Shown: piece by piece, positions 19,481 through 30,164 of the stretch
Layout of the letters: every line of letters begins with the position of its first letter
Position numbering within the stretch: position 1 is the stretch's first letter
NCBI GenBank assembly: GCA_023129485.1
Contig: JAGMBY010000041.1
Span: 1-49,807 of the forward strand
DNA from: Actinomycetes bacterium
GTDB taxonomy: Bacteria; Actinomycetota; Humimicrobiia; JAHJRV01
DNA: 49,807 bases
Direction of reading: 5' to 3'
The notes under the pieces: generated by a model
The model's database searches: none
Told to the model about the DNA's origin: nothing
Seen by the model: the letters and a program-made list of their open reading frames with translations, nothing else
Translations under genes and position numbers: made by a program

Positions 19481-22162
19481 ATGCAAAAAGCACAAAAGAA
19501 AGAAAAATTAGTAATTATTGATGGAAATAGCTTAGCATATAGAGCATTTTTTGCCCTTCCAGAAAGTATTATCACTTCAACTGGAATAATTACTAATTCA
19601 GTTTATGGATTTACAAATATGCTAATTAAGCTAATTAACGAGGAAAAACCTACTATGCTGGCGGTTGCTTTTGATAGTAAAAAACCAACATTTAGACATG
19701 AACTATATAAAGATTATAAATCCAATAGGGAGAGAATGCCAGAGGATTTAGCAAATCAATTTACTTTGATAGAAAATGTATTAAATGTTTTTGGTATTCC
19801 CATATATCAGGTAGATAGTTATGAAGCAGACGATATATTAGGTACATTAGCATTGCAAGCTGAAAATAAAGGGATTGAAGTATTAATAGTTACTGGGGAC
19901 AAAGATACATTACAGTTAGTTTCTGAGAATGTAAAGGTACTATTTACTATAAAAGGAATTTCAAATGTCAGTATTTTTAGTCCTGATGAGGTGATTGAAA
20001 AATATGGAATAGATTCAAAATACATTCCGGATTATTTAGGTTTAGTTGGGGACAAAATAGATAATATTCCAGGTATCGTTGGTATTGGAAAAAAAACTGC
20101 AACAAAATTAATAAACAGTTTTGGTTCTTTAGAGAAGATATTATTTAAAGTAGATGAAATACAAAATAACAAAATTAAATTAAAATTGGAAAAAGATCAT
20201 GAAATAGCAATTTTAAGTAAGAAGTTAGCAACGATAGATTGTAACGCTCCAGTTGAAATTGATGTTGAAAAATGTAAAGTAAAGAAGTTTGAGGAAAAAA
20301 AGGTCTATGAACTATTTGATTATCTTGAATTTAAAACATTATGGGAAAAACTTAAGAAACTAGATCTATTGAGAAAATCCACTAAAGAAAAAGATAAGCT
20401 TCATTGCTTAGTAGGTTTTATAGATAATGAGAAAGAACTTTCAAATTTAACTGAGAAAATTAAAGAAGTAAAAGAGATTGCAATTCAATTTCTGGTTAAC
20501 AATAATGTATGTACCGGGATATCTATCTCTACCAAACCTGATAAATCTTTTTATATTCATATCGATAGTATCAAAAAAGAGGAGAATTTCTTTAAATTAT
20601 TAAGGTCGGTTTTGACAGACTCAGATATTAAAAAAATAATGCACAATGCAAAAAACCAATTAAAAATTTTATTTAAAAAAGGTATCACATTACAAGGACT
20701 CATTTTCGATAGTTATATAGCATCTTACCTTTTAAGACCGCATCTGAAAGAATACGAACTTTCAGAAATTATTCAAAAATATTTGGGTTATAGTTCATAT
20801 GATTTTAAAAGGGAAGAAACTGTTGGTCAGTTTGGATTGATTCAAGATGAAATTTGGATAAAAAAGAAAGCAGAAGTGGAGGGAAGAAGAACCTGTGCTT
20901 TACTTGTTTTAAAAACTATATTAGAGACCACACTCATATCTCAGGATATGGAGAAGCTATTTTATGAAGTTGAAATTCCATTAATAGAGGTTTTAGCTAA
21001 ATTGGAACTACGGGGAGTAAAGATTGATAGAAATTACTTAAATAATTTAAATAGAAAATATCAAGATAAGATTTCAACAGTAACAGAAAAAATTTATAAG
21101 CTTGCTAGTCAAAAATTCAATATAAACTCTCCACAACAATTAGGAAAAATCCTTTTCGAAAAATTAAAACTAACACCATTTAAAAGAACAAAAACTGGAT
21201 ATGCTACCGGATTTACAGTTTTAAAAAGTTTGGAGAAAAAACACCCCATAATTAAAGAGATAATAAATTATAGAGAACTGTCAAAATTAAAATCAACATA
21301 TATAGATGCACTACCCCCATTGATTAATAAATATGATGGCAGAATTCATACAACATTTCATCAAACTGGCACAGTTACCGGCAGATTGTCAAGTAGCGAT
21401 CCCAACCTTCAAAATATACCTATTAGGACAGAACTTGGAAGGGAGATAAGAAAAGCTTTCATAGCTGATGAAGGTCGCATTCTATTAGAAGTTGACTATT
21501 CACAAGTCGAGCTGAGAATTCTGGCTCATCTATCTGAGGATGAAAATTTAATTAATGCTTTTAAACAAGATGTGGATTTTCATAGACTTACAGCTTCTCA
21601 ACTGTTCAATATAAAAATGAATGAAGTCACTCCACAATATAGAAGAGCAGCAAAAGCAATAAATTTTGGAATAATTTATGGTATGACCAAATTTGGCTTA
21701 GCTTCCAGACTTAATATATCTGAAAGGGAAGCAGAAAATTATATAGAACAATATTTTAATCGCTATCCAAGAGTTAGAGAATATATAGATAATATTATTG
21801 AAGAAGCAAGAAACAATGGGTGTGTTAAAACAATTTTAAATAGAAGAAGATATATACCTGAAATTAAATCACGTAATCCTAAAATTAGACAACTTGGTAA
21901 GAGATTTGCAATTAATGCACCAATTCAGGGTAGTGCAGCTGATATTATTAAGATAGCTATGATAAATATATATAAGGAAATATTAAGTAAAAATTATGAA
22001 TCAAGAATTGTATTACAGGTTCATGATGAATTAGTTTTAGAAGTACTCATAGATGAAAAGAATGATATTATTAAATTAGTAAGGGAAAAAATGGAGAAAG
22101 CCTATCCACTTAAAGTTAAGTTAAAAGCGGATATGAAAACTGGAAATAATTGGTATATGTAA
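19481..22162 (+). CDS. polA: DNA polymerase I (5' nuclease, 3'-5' exo-like and family A polymerase domains).
   Basis: It has motif A DYSQVELRILAHLS, motif B RRAAKAINFGIIYG, motif C QVHDELVLE and an N-terminal 5'-3' exonuclease (LVIIDGNSLAYRAFFA). Length is 893 aa. Confidence 0.95.
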   Translation: MQKAQKKEKLVIIDGNSLAYRAFFALPESIITSTGIITNSVYGFTNMLIKLINEEKPTMLAVAFDSKKPTFRHELYKDYKSNRERMPEDLANQFTLIENVLNVFGIPIYQVDSYEADDILGTLALQAENKGIEVLIVTGDKDTLQLVSENVKVLFTIKGISNVSIFSPDEVIEKYGIDSKYIPDYLGLVGDKIDNIPGIVGIGKKTATKLINSFGSLEKILFKVDEIQNNKIKLKLEKDHEIAILSKKLATIDCNAPVEIDVEKCKVKKFEEKKVYELFDYLEFKTLWEKLKKLDLLRKSTKEKDKLHCLVGFIDNEKELSNLTEKIKEVKEIAIQFLVNNNVCTGISISTKPDKSFYIHIDSIKKEENFFKLLRSVLTDSDIKKIMHNAKNQLKILFKKGITLQGLIFDSYIASYLLRPHLKEYELSEIIQKYLGYSSYDFKREETVGQFGLIQDEIWIKKKAEVEGRRTCALLVLKTILETTLISQDMEKLFYEVEIPLIEVLAKLELRGVKIDRNYLNNLNRKYQDKISTVTEKIYKLASQKFNINSPQQLGKILFEKLKLTPFKRTKTGYATGFTVLKSLEKKHPIIKEIINYRELSKLKSTYIDALPPLINKYDGRIHTTFHQTGTVTGRLSSSDPNLQNIPIRTELGREIRKAFIADEGRILLEVDYSQVELRILAHLSEDENLINAFKQDVDFHRLTASQLFNIKMNEVTPQYRRAAKAINFGIIYGMTKFGLASRLNISEREAENYIEQYFNRYPRVREYIDNIIEEARNNGCVKTILNRRRYIPEIKSRNPKIRQLGKRFAINAPIQGSAADIIKIAMINIYKEILSKNYESRIVLQVHDELVLEVLIDEKNDIIKLVREKMEKAYPLKVKLKADMKTGNNWYM

Positions 22163-22243
22163 ATTTTTATTATATAATTACCAATTATTCTGTTATTTTC
22201 TCTTAAAAATTCCTTATTTTAAATAAAAATATTGAAATAATGC

Positions 22244-22273
22244 TTGCATTTCTTTTATAGTTAGTAGTATATT
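22244..22273 (+). promoter_or_regulatory. Candidate sigma-70-type promoter for rpsA.
   Basis: TTGCAT-18 nt-TATATT, about 25 nt upstream of the AAGGAGG RBS. In AT-rich sequence such matches are frequent. Confidence 0.3.
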
Positions 22274-22296
22274 ATAAAAAAATTTTTAAGGAGGAA

Positions 22297-23772
22297 TTGT
22301 TATTGGAAGAAAAAAGAACATTTCAAGATCTATCTGAAGAAGAAAAACGATATATGACTGTAAATGAGAAAGGAGAAATTGTTCCCAATTATGAAATGAC
22401 AATAGTCTCATTTAATGAAGGAGACATTATAAAGGGAACTGTTGTTAAAGTTAATAAAGATGAGGTTTTAGTTGATGTTGGATATAAATCTGAAGGAGTT
22501 ATTCCACCAAGGGAGTTGTCTGTGAAATATGGTTTAGAATCCCATGAGTTGGTAAGTGTGAATGATGAGATAGAAGTTTTGGTACTTCAAAAAGAGGATC
22601 AAGATGGTAGACTAATTCTCTCTAAAAAAAGAGCAGAAACTCGAAAAGCTTTTGAGAAGATTATAAAAGCATATGAGGAAGAAAAGTTTATTAAAGGAGA
22701 AGTCATAGAACTAGTAAGGGGTGGTTTAATTGTTGACATTGGAATGAGAGCTTTCCTTCCAGGTTCTCTAATAGATTTGAAAAAAGTAACAGATTTTAAT
22801 TTTTATCTTGGTAAGGAAGTTAAATGCAAGGTAATAAATATTGATAGAAATAAAAATAGTGTTATCTTATCCAGAAAAGCTTATCTTGAAGAAGAAAAAA
22901 GGGTACTTAGAGAAAAACTTGTAAAAACAATAAAAGTAGGTCAGGTAAAAAAAGGTTCAATTTCAAATATTGCAGATTTTGGAGCATTTGTTGATTTAGG
23001 TGGAGTAGACGGATTAATACATATATCAGAACTTTCCTGGGGACACGTGAGTCACCCCTCAGAGGTAGTGCAAATTGGAGATGAGGTTGAAGTAGTAGTT
23101 TTGGATGTTGATAAAGAGAAAAAAAGAGTATATTTAGGGCTTAAACAAACACAGATAGATCCATGGATGGAATTGACAAAAAAATATGCTATTGGTGATG
23201 TAGTTGAAGGGAAGGTAATAAAAATTGTGCCATTTGGTGCATTTGTCCAGATTGAAGATGGAATTGAGGGTTTAGTTCATATCTCAGAAATTGCTGTCTA
23301 TAGTGTTGAAAAACCAGAGGAAGTTGTATCAATTGAAGATAATATAAAAGTTAAGATAATTGATATAGATTTTGATAGAAGAAGAATTGGTCTTAGTATA
23401 AGACAGGTTCCAAGAGCGAAAAAAGAAGTTGAGGAAATAAAAGAGAAACCAAAAAAGGAAGCTAAGGAAAAACCAAAAGAAGAAGTAAAAGAAAAAATTG
23501 AAGAAGCTAAACCAAGTGAAGAAAAAGTAGTTAAAAAAGAAACTAAAGAAGTAAAAGAAATAGTTAAACCTAAAGAAGGAAAGACAAAAGCTAAAAAGGA
23601 AGCTAAAGAAGTGAAGAAAAAAGCTGAACCCAAAGAGGAAGAGGTAAAGGTGGAAGAGGAGATAAAGGCTGAAGAAGATAAGAAGATTGAAGAAAAAACT
23701 GAAGTAAAAAAAACAAAATTAAAAACTAAAGAGAAAATTAAAAAAGAAAAAGATAAAAAAGAGAAAAAATAA
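22297..23772 (+). CDS. rpsA: 30S ribosomal protein S1 (four S1 domains) with a lysine/glutamate-rich C-terminal extension of about 110 aa.
   Basis: It has repeated S1 motifs (GxV..V..fGAFVdl.g.dGLIHISE). The start is TTG, 5 nt after AAGGAGG. The tail from about residue 375 is KE low complexity. Confidence 0.88.
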   Translation: MLLEEKRTFQDLSEEEKRYMTVNEKGEIVPNYEMTIVSFNEGDIIKGTVVKVNKDEVLVDVGYKSEGVIPPRELSVKYGLESHELVSVNDEIEVLVLQKEDQDGRLILSKKRAETRKAFEKIIKAYEEEKFIKGEVIELVRGGLIVDIGMRAFLPGSLIDLKKVTDFNFYLGKEVKCKVINIDRNKNSVILSRKAYLEEEKRVLREKLVKTIKVGQVKKGSISNIADFGAFVDLGGVDGLIHISELSWGHVSHPSEVVQIGDEVEVVVLDVDKEKKRVYLGLKQTQIDPWMELTKKYAIGDVVEGKVIKIVPFGAFVQIEDGIEGLVHISEIAVYSVEKPEEVVSIEDNIKVKIIDIDFDRRRIGLSIRQVPRAKKEVEEIKEKPKKEAKEKPKEEVKEKIEEAKPSEEKVVKKETKEVKEIVKPKEGKTKAKKEAKEVKKKAEPKEEEVKVEEEIKAEEDKKIEEKTEVKKTKLKTKEKIKKEKDKKEKK

Positions 23773-23921
23773 ATTAAAGAATAAAAAGAAGGAATATGAA
23801 TCTCATAGTTTGGCTTTAATTTAGTTAATTTCGTGTCCAACCTTTGGGGTTCACTCCAATTTTTATCTTAATAAATTAATAAATTTAGAGAAATTAATAT
23901 TTGATAAAATTTCATATAATT

Positions 23922-23950
23922 TGCTCTGTTTTAAAGCAGAGCATTTTTTA
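23922..23950 (+). terminator. Rho-independent terminator downstream of rpsA.
   Basis: TGCTCTG-TTTTAAAG-CAGAGCA is followed by TTTTTTA. Confidence 0.7.
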
Positions 23951-24032
23951 TTTGATAAGTTAAAGGAGTAGGTTTAAAATTTAATATGAAAATATAAAAT
24001 TTTAAAATATAAATAAATTTATAAGGATATTT

Positions 24033-24695
24033 ATGAAAATTATATGTTTAGTTGGGGAAATAGGAACAGGAAAAACCACAGTTGCTAAAATATTGGAGAA
24101 TTTAGGAGCGGATGTTATTTATTCTGATTATGTTGCAAAAATTGTCTCTTCAAAATCTGCTATTAAATCAGAATTAGTTAAATTCTTTGGTAAGAAAATA
24201 CTTTACAGAAATGGAAGATTAAACAGGAAAAAGTTAGCAAATATTGTTTTTTCAAATAGAGATAAATTGGAGAAATTAAATGAGATAATGCTTCCTCAAA
24301 TAGTGAAAGAAATTAAAAAAATTCTTTATCAAAAAGAAAAGTTGGAAAAAACTTCAAAACCAACAATCAAGAAAATTAAAAGAACAAAAAAAGAAGATGA
24401 AAGAATTGTTGTAATAGAAGCACCTCTTCTTTTTATAACTAATTTATATAAAAAATGTAATGAAATTCTTTATGTAACGTGTCCTATTGATTTAAGAATA
24501 GAAAGAGTTGCATCTAATATGAATCTATCAGAGAAAGAAGCTAAATTGAGAGTAGAAGGGCAGAATTTGTATATTCCTATAGAAAAGGTAAATTATATTA
24601 TTAACAATAATAAAGATATGAATTATTTAAAAAAAGAAATCAAAAAATATTATAAATATATCCAGGATAGATATTTATTTAAGTCCCTTTTTTAA
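24033..24695 (+). CDS. coaE: Dephospho-CoA kinase.
   Basis: It has the P-loop GEIGTGKTT, then the CoaE-like layout ([10 protein letters not shown] ... FG..IL..NG.LNRKKLA.IVF). It is 220 aa with a KE-rich insertion. Confidence 0.75.
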   Translation: MKIICLVGEIGTGKTTVAKILENLGADVIYSDYVAKIVSSKSAIKSELVKFFGKKILYRNGRLNRKKLANIVFSNRDKLEKLNEIMLPQIVKEIKKILYQKEKLEKTSKPTIKKIKRTKKEDERIVVIEAPLLFITNLYKKCNEILYVTCPIDLRIERVASNMNLSEKEAKLRVEGQNLYIPIEKVNYIINNNKDMNYLKKEIKKYYKYIQDRYLFKSLF

Positions 24696-24696
24696 A

Positions 24697-26664
24697 ATGA
24701 CTAAATTCGAATTAATATCAAATTATAAACCACAGGGTGATCAGCCTAAAGCTATAAAAAAGCTTGTAGAAGGTTTAAATAGTGAAAATAGATTTCAAAC
24801 ATTGCTCGGGGTAACTGGATCTGGAAAAACTTATACAATGGCTCAGGCAATAAATAAAGTAAATAGACCGACATTGGTAATGTCTCCAAATAAGACATTA
24901 GCTGCTCAACTTTGTAATGAGTTTAAAGAATTTTTTCCAAAAAATTCAGTTCAATATTTTGTAAGTTATTATGATTATTATCAACCTGAAGCTTATGTTC
25001 CTACTACTGATACATACATTGAGAAAGATGCATCTATAAATGAACAGTTGGAAAGACTCAGGCTTTCAGCAACGAATGCTTTGCTTACAAGAAGGGATGT
25101 GATTATTGTTGCAAGTGTTTCATGTATATTTAATTTGGGCTCACCATCTCAATACCAGGAAAAAACTCTTATTTTAGCTGAGAGTGATAAATATGAAAGA
25201 GATAGAATACTATCAAAATTAGTGAAAATAAGATATGAGAGAAATGACTTTGACTTTATTTGGGGAACTTTCAGAGTAAAAGGAGATGTAATAGATATAT
25301 TCCCACCTTATGAGGATAATGCTATTAGAATTGAATTATTTGGAGACGAGATAGAAAGAATACTTAGAATTAATTATCTAACTGGGGAAATTCTCGAGAG
25401 ATTACCTATTATTATAATCTCTCCCGCAACCCATTTTCTAACTGATCCAAAAACAATGGATGAAATTTTAATTGAAGTTGAAAAGGAGTTAAATGATAGA
25501 TTAAAAGAGCTAAAATCTAAGAATAAATTACTTGAAGCTCAAAGATTAAAAATGAGAACAAAATATGATTTGGAGATGTTGCGGGAGTTAGGATATTGTA
25601 AAGGAATTGAGAATTACTCAAGATATATTCAGGGTAGAGAGCCAGGATCTACTCCGCCAACATTATTGGATTATTTTCCAGATGATTTTGTAACATTTAT
25701 TGACGAGTCTCATATAGCAATTCCACAGATAAATGGAATGTATCATGGAGATAGATCAAGAAAAGAAACGCTTATTGAACATGGATTTAGACTACTATCA
25801 GCTCTGGATAATAGACCTCTAAAAATGGATGAATTTTTAAATTCAGTAAATCAGGTAGTTTTTGTCTCAGCAACTCCGGGACCTTTTGAAATAAAAAAAA
25901 GTAAACAAGTAGTTGAGCAGATAATTAGACCTACAGGACTTGTTGACCCAGAAGTTGAAGTTAGAAAAACAACAGGTCAAATTGATAATTTGATGATGGA
26001 AATTAAAAAGAGAGCAGATCTGAATGAAAGAGTTTTGGTTACAACTTTAACGAAAAGAATGGCTGAAAATTTAACAGATTACTTACTTGATATGGGTTTT
26101 AAATCAAGATATCTTCATTCTGAGATAGATACTTTAGAAAGGGTAAAAATTATAAGAGAATTAAGAAAGGGAGAATTTGATATATTAATTGGGATTAATC
26201 TACTTAGAGAAGGTTTAGATCTTCCTGAAGTTTCTCTTGTTGCAATATTAGATTCAGATAAGGGAGGATATTTAAGATCAGATACTTCACTTATTCAGAC
26301 GATTGGTAGAGCATCGAGAAATATTAGAGGGAAGGTTATAATGTACGCTGATAGAATAACAGACTCAATGAAAAGAGCAATAGATGAAACTAATAGAAGA
26401 AGAGATATTCAATTAAAATTTAATGAGGTAAATAATATAGAACCTCAGACAATTCATAAAAAAATATCAGATATATTAATGGCAACTAAAGTTGCTGAAG
26501 GAGAGGGAATAAAGGAAAAGAAAAAAATTCCTATTAAAATTTCTCCTGATGAATTGCCTAAGCTCATATTAGGTCTTGAGGAAGAGATGAGACTTGCTGC
26601 TGAGGAATTAAATTTTGAATATGCAGCAGTTTTAAGAGATCAGATAGAAGAATTAAAAAAATAG
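24697..26664 (+). CDS. uvrB: Excinuclease ABC subunit B.
   Basis: It has [21 protein letters not shown], the beta-hairpin region [10 protein letters not shown] and a C-terminal UVR domain ([15 protein letters not shown]). Confidence 0.96.
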   Translation: MTKFELISNYKPQGDQPKAIKKLVEGLNSENRFQTLLGVTGSGKTYTMAQAINKVNRPTLVMSPNKTLAAQLCNEFKEFFPKNSVQYFVSYYDYYQPEAYVPTTDTYIEKDASINEQLERLRLSATNALLTRRDVIIVASVSCIFNLGSPSQYQEKTLILAESDKYERDRILSKLVKIRYERNDFDFIWGTFRVKGDVIDIFPPYEDNAIRIELFGDEIERILRINYLTGEILERLPIIIISPATHFLTDPKTMDEILIEVEKELNDRLKELKSKNKLLEAQRLKMRTKYDLEMLRELGYCKGIENYSRYIQGREPGSTPPTLLDYFPDDFVTFIDESHIAIPQINGMYHGDRSRKETLIEHGFRLLSALDNRPLKMDEFLNSVNQVVFVSATPGPFEIKKSKQVVEQIIRPTGLVDPEVEVRKTTGQIDNLMMEIKKRADLNERVLVTTLTKRMAENLTDYLLDMGFKSRYLHSEIDTLERVKIIRELRKGEFDILIGINLLREGLDLPEVSLVAILDSDKGGYLRSDTSLIQTIGRASRNIRGKVIMYADRITDSMKRAIDETNRRRDIQLKFNEVNNIEPQTIHKKISDILMATKVAEGEGIKEKKKIPIKISPDELPKLILGLEEEMRLAAEELNFEYAAVLRDQIEELKK

Positions 26665-26687
26665 ATTAAATCTTAAAAAATTTTTAA

Positions 26688-26772
26688 TAATAATGCAACC
26701 CTAAAGGGTTGCCCTACATTAATTTGGAGGAGTTTGATGTAATACAAATGTAGGGCAAGGCTTTAGCCTTGC
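26688..26772. repeat. Upstream REP-like doublet (module A then module B).
   Basis: Hairpin 26695-26712, CCCTACAT 26712-26719, ATGTAGGG 26748-26755, hairpin 26755-26772. Confidence 0.85.
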
Positions 26773-26802
26773 ATATAAAAATCTAATAGCCATATTGATG
26801 TT

Positions 26803-27273
26803 ATGATAAATTATAAGAAAAGAATGCGATTGAAAAAGTTCAATTACAAAGGTCGTTATCGTTATTTAATAACAATATGTACATATAAAAGAAAGTCAAT
26901 ATTTAAAAGCGACTCTTTAGTAAAATGGCTTATTAAAATTTTAAGAGAGAAATCAAATTCTTATGGGTTTAAGGTATGGGCTTATTGTTTTATGCCTGAC
27001 CATTTACATCTTTTGATTGAAGGGAGAAATTCTGATTCAGATATGAGAAAATTTATTTCGTCGTATAAACAATATACAGGATTTTATTATAAAAAGAACT
27101 CAGATTTTTCCCTTTGGCAAATTAACTTCTATGAACATGTTCTGAGAAATGAAGAAAATACTATAAGTGTTGCATATTATATTTTTAATAATCCCGTAAG
27201 AAAGGGATTAGTTGATGATTATAAACAATATAAATATATAGGTTCCTTTGAGTTTGATGTAATACAAATGTAG
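26803..27273 (+). CDS. IS200-like Y1 (HUH) transposase of the REP-associated (RAYT) type.
   Basis: It is 156 aa with the HUH motif PDHLHLLIEG and the catalytic-Tyr region AYYIFNNPVRKGLV. The size and flanking hairpin repeats fit a RAYT. An alternative start is M8 (26824). Confidence 0.8.
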   Translation: MINYKKRMRLKKFNYKGRYRYLITICTYKRKSIFKSDSLVKWLIKILREKSNSYGFKVWAYCFMPDHLHLLIEGRNSDSDMRKFISSYKQYTGFYYKKNSDFSLWQINFYEHVLRNEENTISVAYYIFNNPVRKGLVDDYKQYKYIGSFEFDVIQM

Positions 27274-27334
27274 GGCAAGGCTTTAGCCTTGCTTAATAAT
27301 GCAACCCTAAAGGGTTGCCCTACATTAATTTGGA
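27250..27334. repeat. Downstream REP-like doublet (module B then module A). Module B overlaps the last 8 codons and the stop codon of the RAYT gene.
   Basis: ATGTAGGG (27268-27275), hairpin 27275-27292, TTAATAAT, hairpin 27301-27318, CCCTACAT (27318-27325). The outer 8-mers are complementary and enclose both hairpins. Confidence 0.85.
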
Positions 27335-27338
27335 CGAT

Positions 27339-30164
27339 ATGGAAAAGAGAAAGCTAATTATAAGAGGTGCTCGTGAGCACAATTTAAAGAATATAAATTT
27401 AGATCTTCCAAGAGATAAGATAATTGTGATAACTGGAATTAGCGGTTCTGGTAAATCGACTCTTGCATTTGACACCATTTATGCTGAAGGTCAGAGAAGA
27501 TATGTAGAATCTTTATCTGCATATGCCAGACAATTTCTTGAGCAGATGGAAAAACCAGATGTTGATTATATTGAGGGACTTTCTCCTGCCATCTCAATTG
27601 ACCAAAAAGGAACTACTAAAAATCCACGCTCAACTGTGGGAACAATAACTGAAATTTATGATTACATTAGGTTACTTTATGCTCGTATTGGAAAGCCACA
27701 TTGTTATAAATGTGGTAAAAAGATATCACCGCAATCACCCCAACAGATAATAGATAAGGTTTTAGAATTACCAAAAGATATAAAATATATGATTCTATCC
27801 CCAATGGTTAGAGGCAGAAAAGGTGAGTATAAAGATCTTTTTAATCAGATAAGAAGAAAAGGTTATGTAAGAGTTAGAGTGGATGATGAAATAAGAAATT
27901 TAGAAGAAGAAATTACATTAGAAAAATATAAAAAGCACGACATTGAAATAGTAATAGACAGACTCATATCCAGACCAAATATAAGAAAGAGAGTTGCTGA
28001 TTCAATAGAAACAGCTTTGAGAGAATCGGATGGAATAGTTTATATTCAAATTAATGGTGGGGAGAATCTTGTATTTTCACAAAAATTTGCATGTCTTGAT
28101 TGTGGTACAAGCTTTGAAGAATTGTCTCCAAGAATGTTCTCATTTAATAGTCCCATTGGTGCTTGTAAATATTGTGATGGATTAGGATTTAAACAAGAAA
28201 TTGACCCGGATTTAGTAGTGCCAGATAAAAATCTAAGTCTATCAGAAGGAGCTGTGAAATTATGGAGAGATAGTTCTTCAGTATTTTATCCCATGTATAT
28301 GAAAGCTCTATCTAAAAAATATAATATTGATCTATCAACTCCATTTAAAAATTTGAGTGAAAATAACCAAAATATAATTTTATACGGTTCACCAGGAGAA
28401 AGAGTCCTTGTTGAGTATGAAAGACATAACGGTACAACAACCAGATTTCATACTCAGATTGAGGGTGTAATTAGTAATTTAGAGAGGAGATATAGAGGAA
28501 CAGAGTCTGAATATAGTAGAGAAAAAATTGAGAAATACATGAGTATAAGGCCATGTCCAGAGTGTGGTGGAGCAAGACTAAGACCAGAGAGTTTGGCGGT
28601 AACTATTGGTGGAAAAAACATATATGAAATGAATCAAATGGATGTTTCTAAATGCAAATCTTTTATAGAGAATCTTAAACTAACACAAAAAGAGAGGATG
28701 ATAGCAAGAAGAATATTAAAAGAAATAAGGGAAAGATTAACTTTTATGGAAAATGTGGGTTTAAATTACTTAACACTTAATAGAGAAACAAGAACTCTTT
28801 CTGCTGGAGAAGCACAAAGAATAAGATTAGCAACACAAATTGGTACTAGCCTTGTTGGAGTTTTATATATTCTTGATGAACCAAGTATCGGTCTTCATAA
28901 TAGGGACAATAAAAGACTTCTTAAAACACTAAAAAGATTAAGGGACCTAGGAAATACTGTAATTGTTGTAGAGCATGATAGAGAAACAATTAGCCAAGCA
29001 GACTTAATAGTTGATTTGGGTCCTGGTGCGGGGGAACATGGTGGAGAAGTTGTTGTATTAGGAACATTAGAAGATGTTAAAAATGAACCGCGCTCAATTA
29101 CAGGACAATATCTAAATGGTAAGAAAAAGATTGAAGTTCCGAAAAAAAGAAGAATAGAAGATAAAGGAGAGTTAGTTATATTGGGAGCGCACGAACATAA
29201 TCTAAAAGAAATAGATGTCTCATTTCCTCTTGCTAAATTTATTTGTGTGACTGGAGTTTCAGGAGCTGGGAAAAGTACGTTAGTTAATGAAATCTTATAT
29301 AGAGCACTAATGAATAGTTTATATAGAAGGTCAAAATATAAACCTGGTAAGCATAAAGGAATTGAAGGTTTAGAAAAAGTTGATAAGGTAATAGAGATTG
29401 ACCAGTCCCCAATTGGAAGAACACCAAGATCAAATCCCGCAACTTATACAGGAGTATTTACACCTATAAGGGAAGTTTTTGCTGAGACTCAAGAAGCAAA
29501 AATAAGAGGTTATAAAAAAGGTAGATTCAGTTTTAATGTAAAGGGTGGAAGATGTGAAGCATGTAGGGGAGGCGGGACAATCAAGATAGAGATGCATTTT
29601 TTACCTGACATCTATATAACTTGTGACATTTGTAAGGGAAGAAGGTATAACAATGAAACTTTAGATGTAACTTTTAAAGGGAAAAACATTTCAGATGTTT
29701 TAAATATGAGTATTGAAGAAGCATTAGAATTTTTTAAAAACATTCCCCGGATTAAAAGAAAATTAAAGTTACTTGATGATGTTGGTCTTGGTTATATAAA
29801 ATTAGGTCAATTTGCTACTACACTTTCAGGAGGAGAAGCTCAGAGAGTAAAACTTTCCAAGGAACTATCAAAGATTGCTACAGGAAAAACTATCTATATA
29901 TTAGATGAACCTACAACAGGACTACATTTTGATGATATAAAGAAACTTCTTAATGTACTGAATAGATTAGTCGATAAGGGAAATACGGTAATAGTTATTG
30001 AACACAATTTAGATGTAATTAAAACTGCTGATTATATAATTGATCTTGGACCTGAAGGTGGTGATGAAGGAGGTTGGATTGTTGCAAAAGGATTACCAGA
30101 AGAGGTAGCTAAAAATCCGAAATCTTATACAGGAATTTATTTAAAGGAGTTATTAAATGTTTAG
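27339..30164 (+). CDS. uvrA: Excinuclease ABC subunit A.
   Basis: It has [12 protein letters not shown], two ABC modules ([18 protein letters not shown]; LSGGEAQR twice) and Zn-finger cysteines. I prefer ATG 27339, because the track's TTG at 27315 lies inside repeat module A. Confidence 0.95.
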   Translation: MEKRKLIIRGAREHNLKNINLDLPRDKIIVITGISGSGKSTLAFDTIYAEGQRRYVESLSAYARQFLEQMEKPDVDYIEGLSPAISIDQKGTTKNPRSTVGTITEIYDYIRLLYARIGKPHCYKCGKKISPQSPQQIIDKVLELPKDIKYMILSPMVRGRKGEYKDLFNQIRRKGYVRVRVDDEIRNLEEEITLEKYKKHDIEIVIDRLISRPNIRKRVADSIETALRESDGIVYIQINGGENLVFSQKFACLDCGTSFEELSPRMFSFNSPIGACKYCDGLGFKQEIDPDLVVPDKNLSLSEGAVKLWRDSSSVFYPMYMKALSKKYNIDLSTPFKNLSENNQNIILYGSPGERVLVEYERHNGTTTRFHTQIEGVISNLERRYRGTESEYSREKIEKYMSIRPCPECGGARLRPESLAVTIGGKNIYEMNQMDVSKCKSFIENLKLTQKERMIARRILKEIRERLTFMENVGLNYLTLNRETRTLSAGEAQRIRLATQIGTSLVGVLYILDEPSIGLHNRDNKRLLKTLKRLRDLGNTVIVVEHDRETISQADLIVDLGPGAGEHGGEVVVLGTLEDVKNEPRSITGQYLNGKKKIEVPKKRRIEDKGELVILGAHEHNLKEIDVSFPLAKFICVTGVSGAGKSTLVNEILYRALMNSLYRRSKYKPGKHKGIEGLEKVDKVIEIDQSPIGRTPRSNPATYTGVFTPIREVFAETQEAKIRGYKKGRFSFNVKGGRCEACRGGGTIKIEMHFLPDIYITCDICKGRRYNNETLDVTFKGKNISDVLNMSIEEALEFFKNIPRIKRKLKLLDDVGLGYIKLGQFATTLSGGEAQRVKLSKELSKIATGKTIYILDEPTTGLHFDDIKKLLNVLNRLVDKGNTVIVIEHNLDVIKTADYIIDLGPEGGDEGGWIVAKGLPEEVAKNPKSYTGIYLKELLNV

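Larger units (their letters stand above)
26688..27334 (+). mobile_element. REP-associated tyrosine transposase (RAYT) locus: the gene is bracketed by structured repeat modules in permuted order (A-B upstream, B-A downstream).
   Basis: The 41-nt module A (26688-26728 = 27294-27334) and the 43-nt module B (26730-26772 = 27250-27292) are each repeated exactly. Each holds a perfect 8-bp-stem hairpin (GCAACCCT-AA-AGGGTTGC; GCAAGGCT-TT-AGCCTTGC) next to CCCTACAT / ATGTAGGG. Confidence 0.8.

Noticed and set aside
15560-22162. Inteins or introns in dnaE or polA.
   Set aside because: Both proteins have normal lengths (1156-1159 and 893 aa) with contiguous conserved motifs and no inserted Hint or homing-endonuclease-like block.
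23298-23840. 180-aa ORF on the minus strand (S/F/L-rich).
   Set aside because: It is the antisense shadow of the K/E-rich (GAA/AAA-rich) tail of rpsA. Its composition is low complexity, it has no RBS, and it overlaps a well-supported gene.
23835-23875. tRNA-like T-arm sequence (GGGGTTCACTCCAA) downstream of rpsA.
   Set aside because: No cloverleaf can be built around it: there is no acceptor or anticodon stem, and the T stem does not pair.
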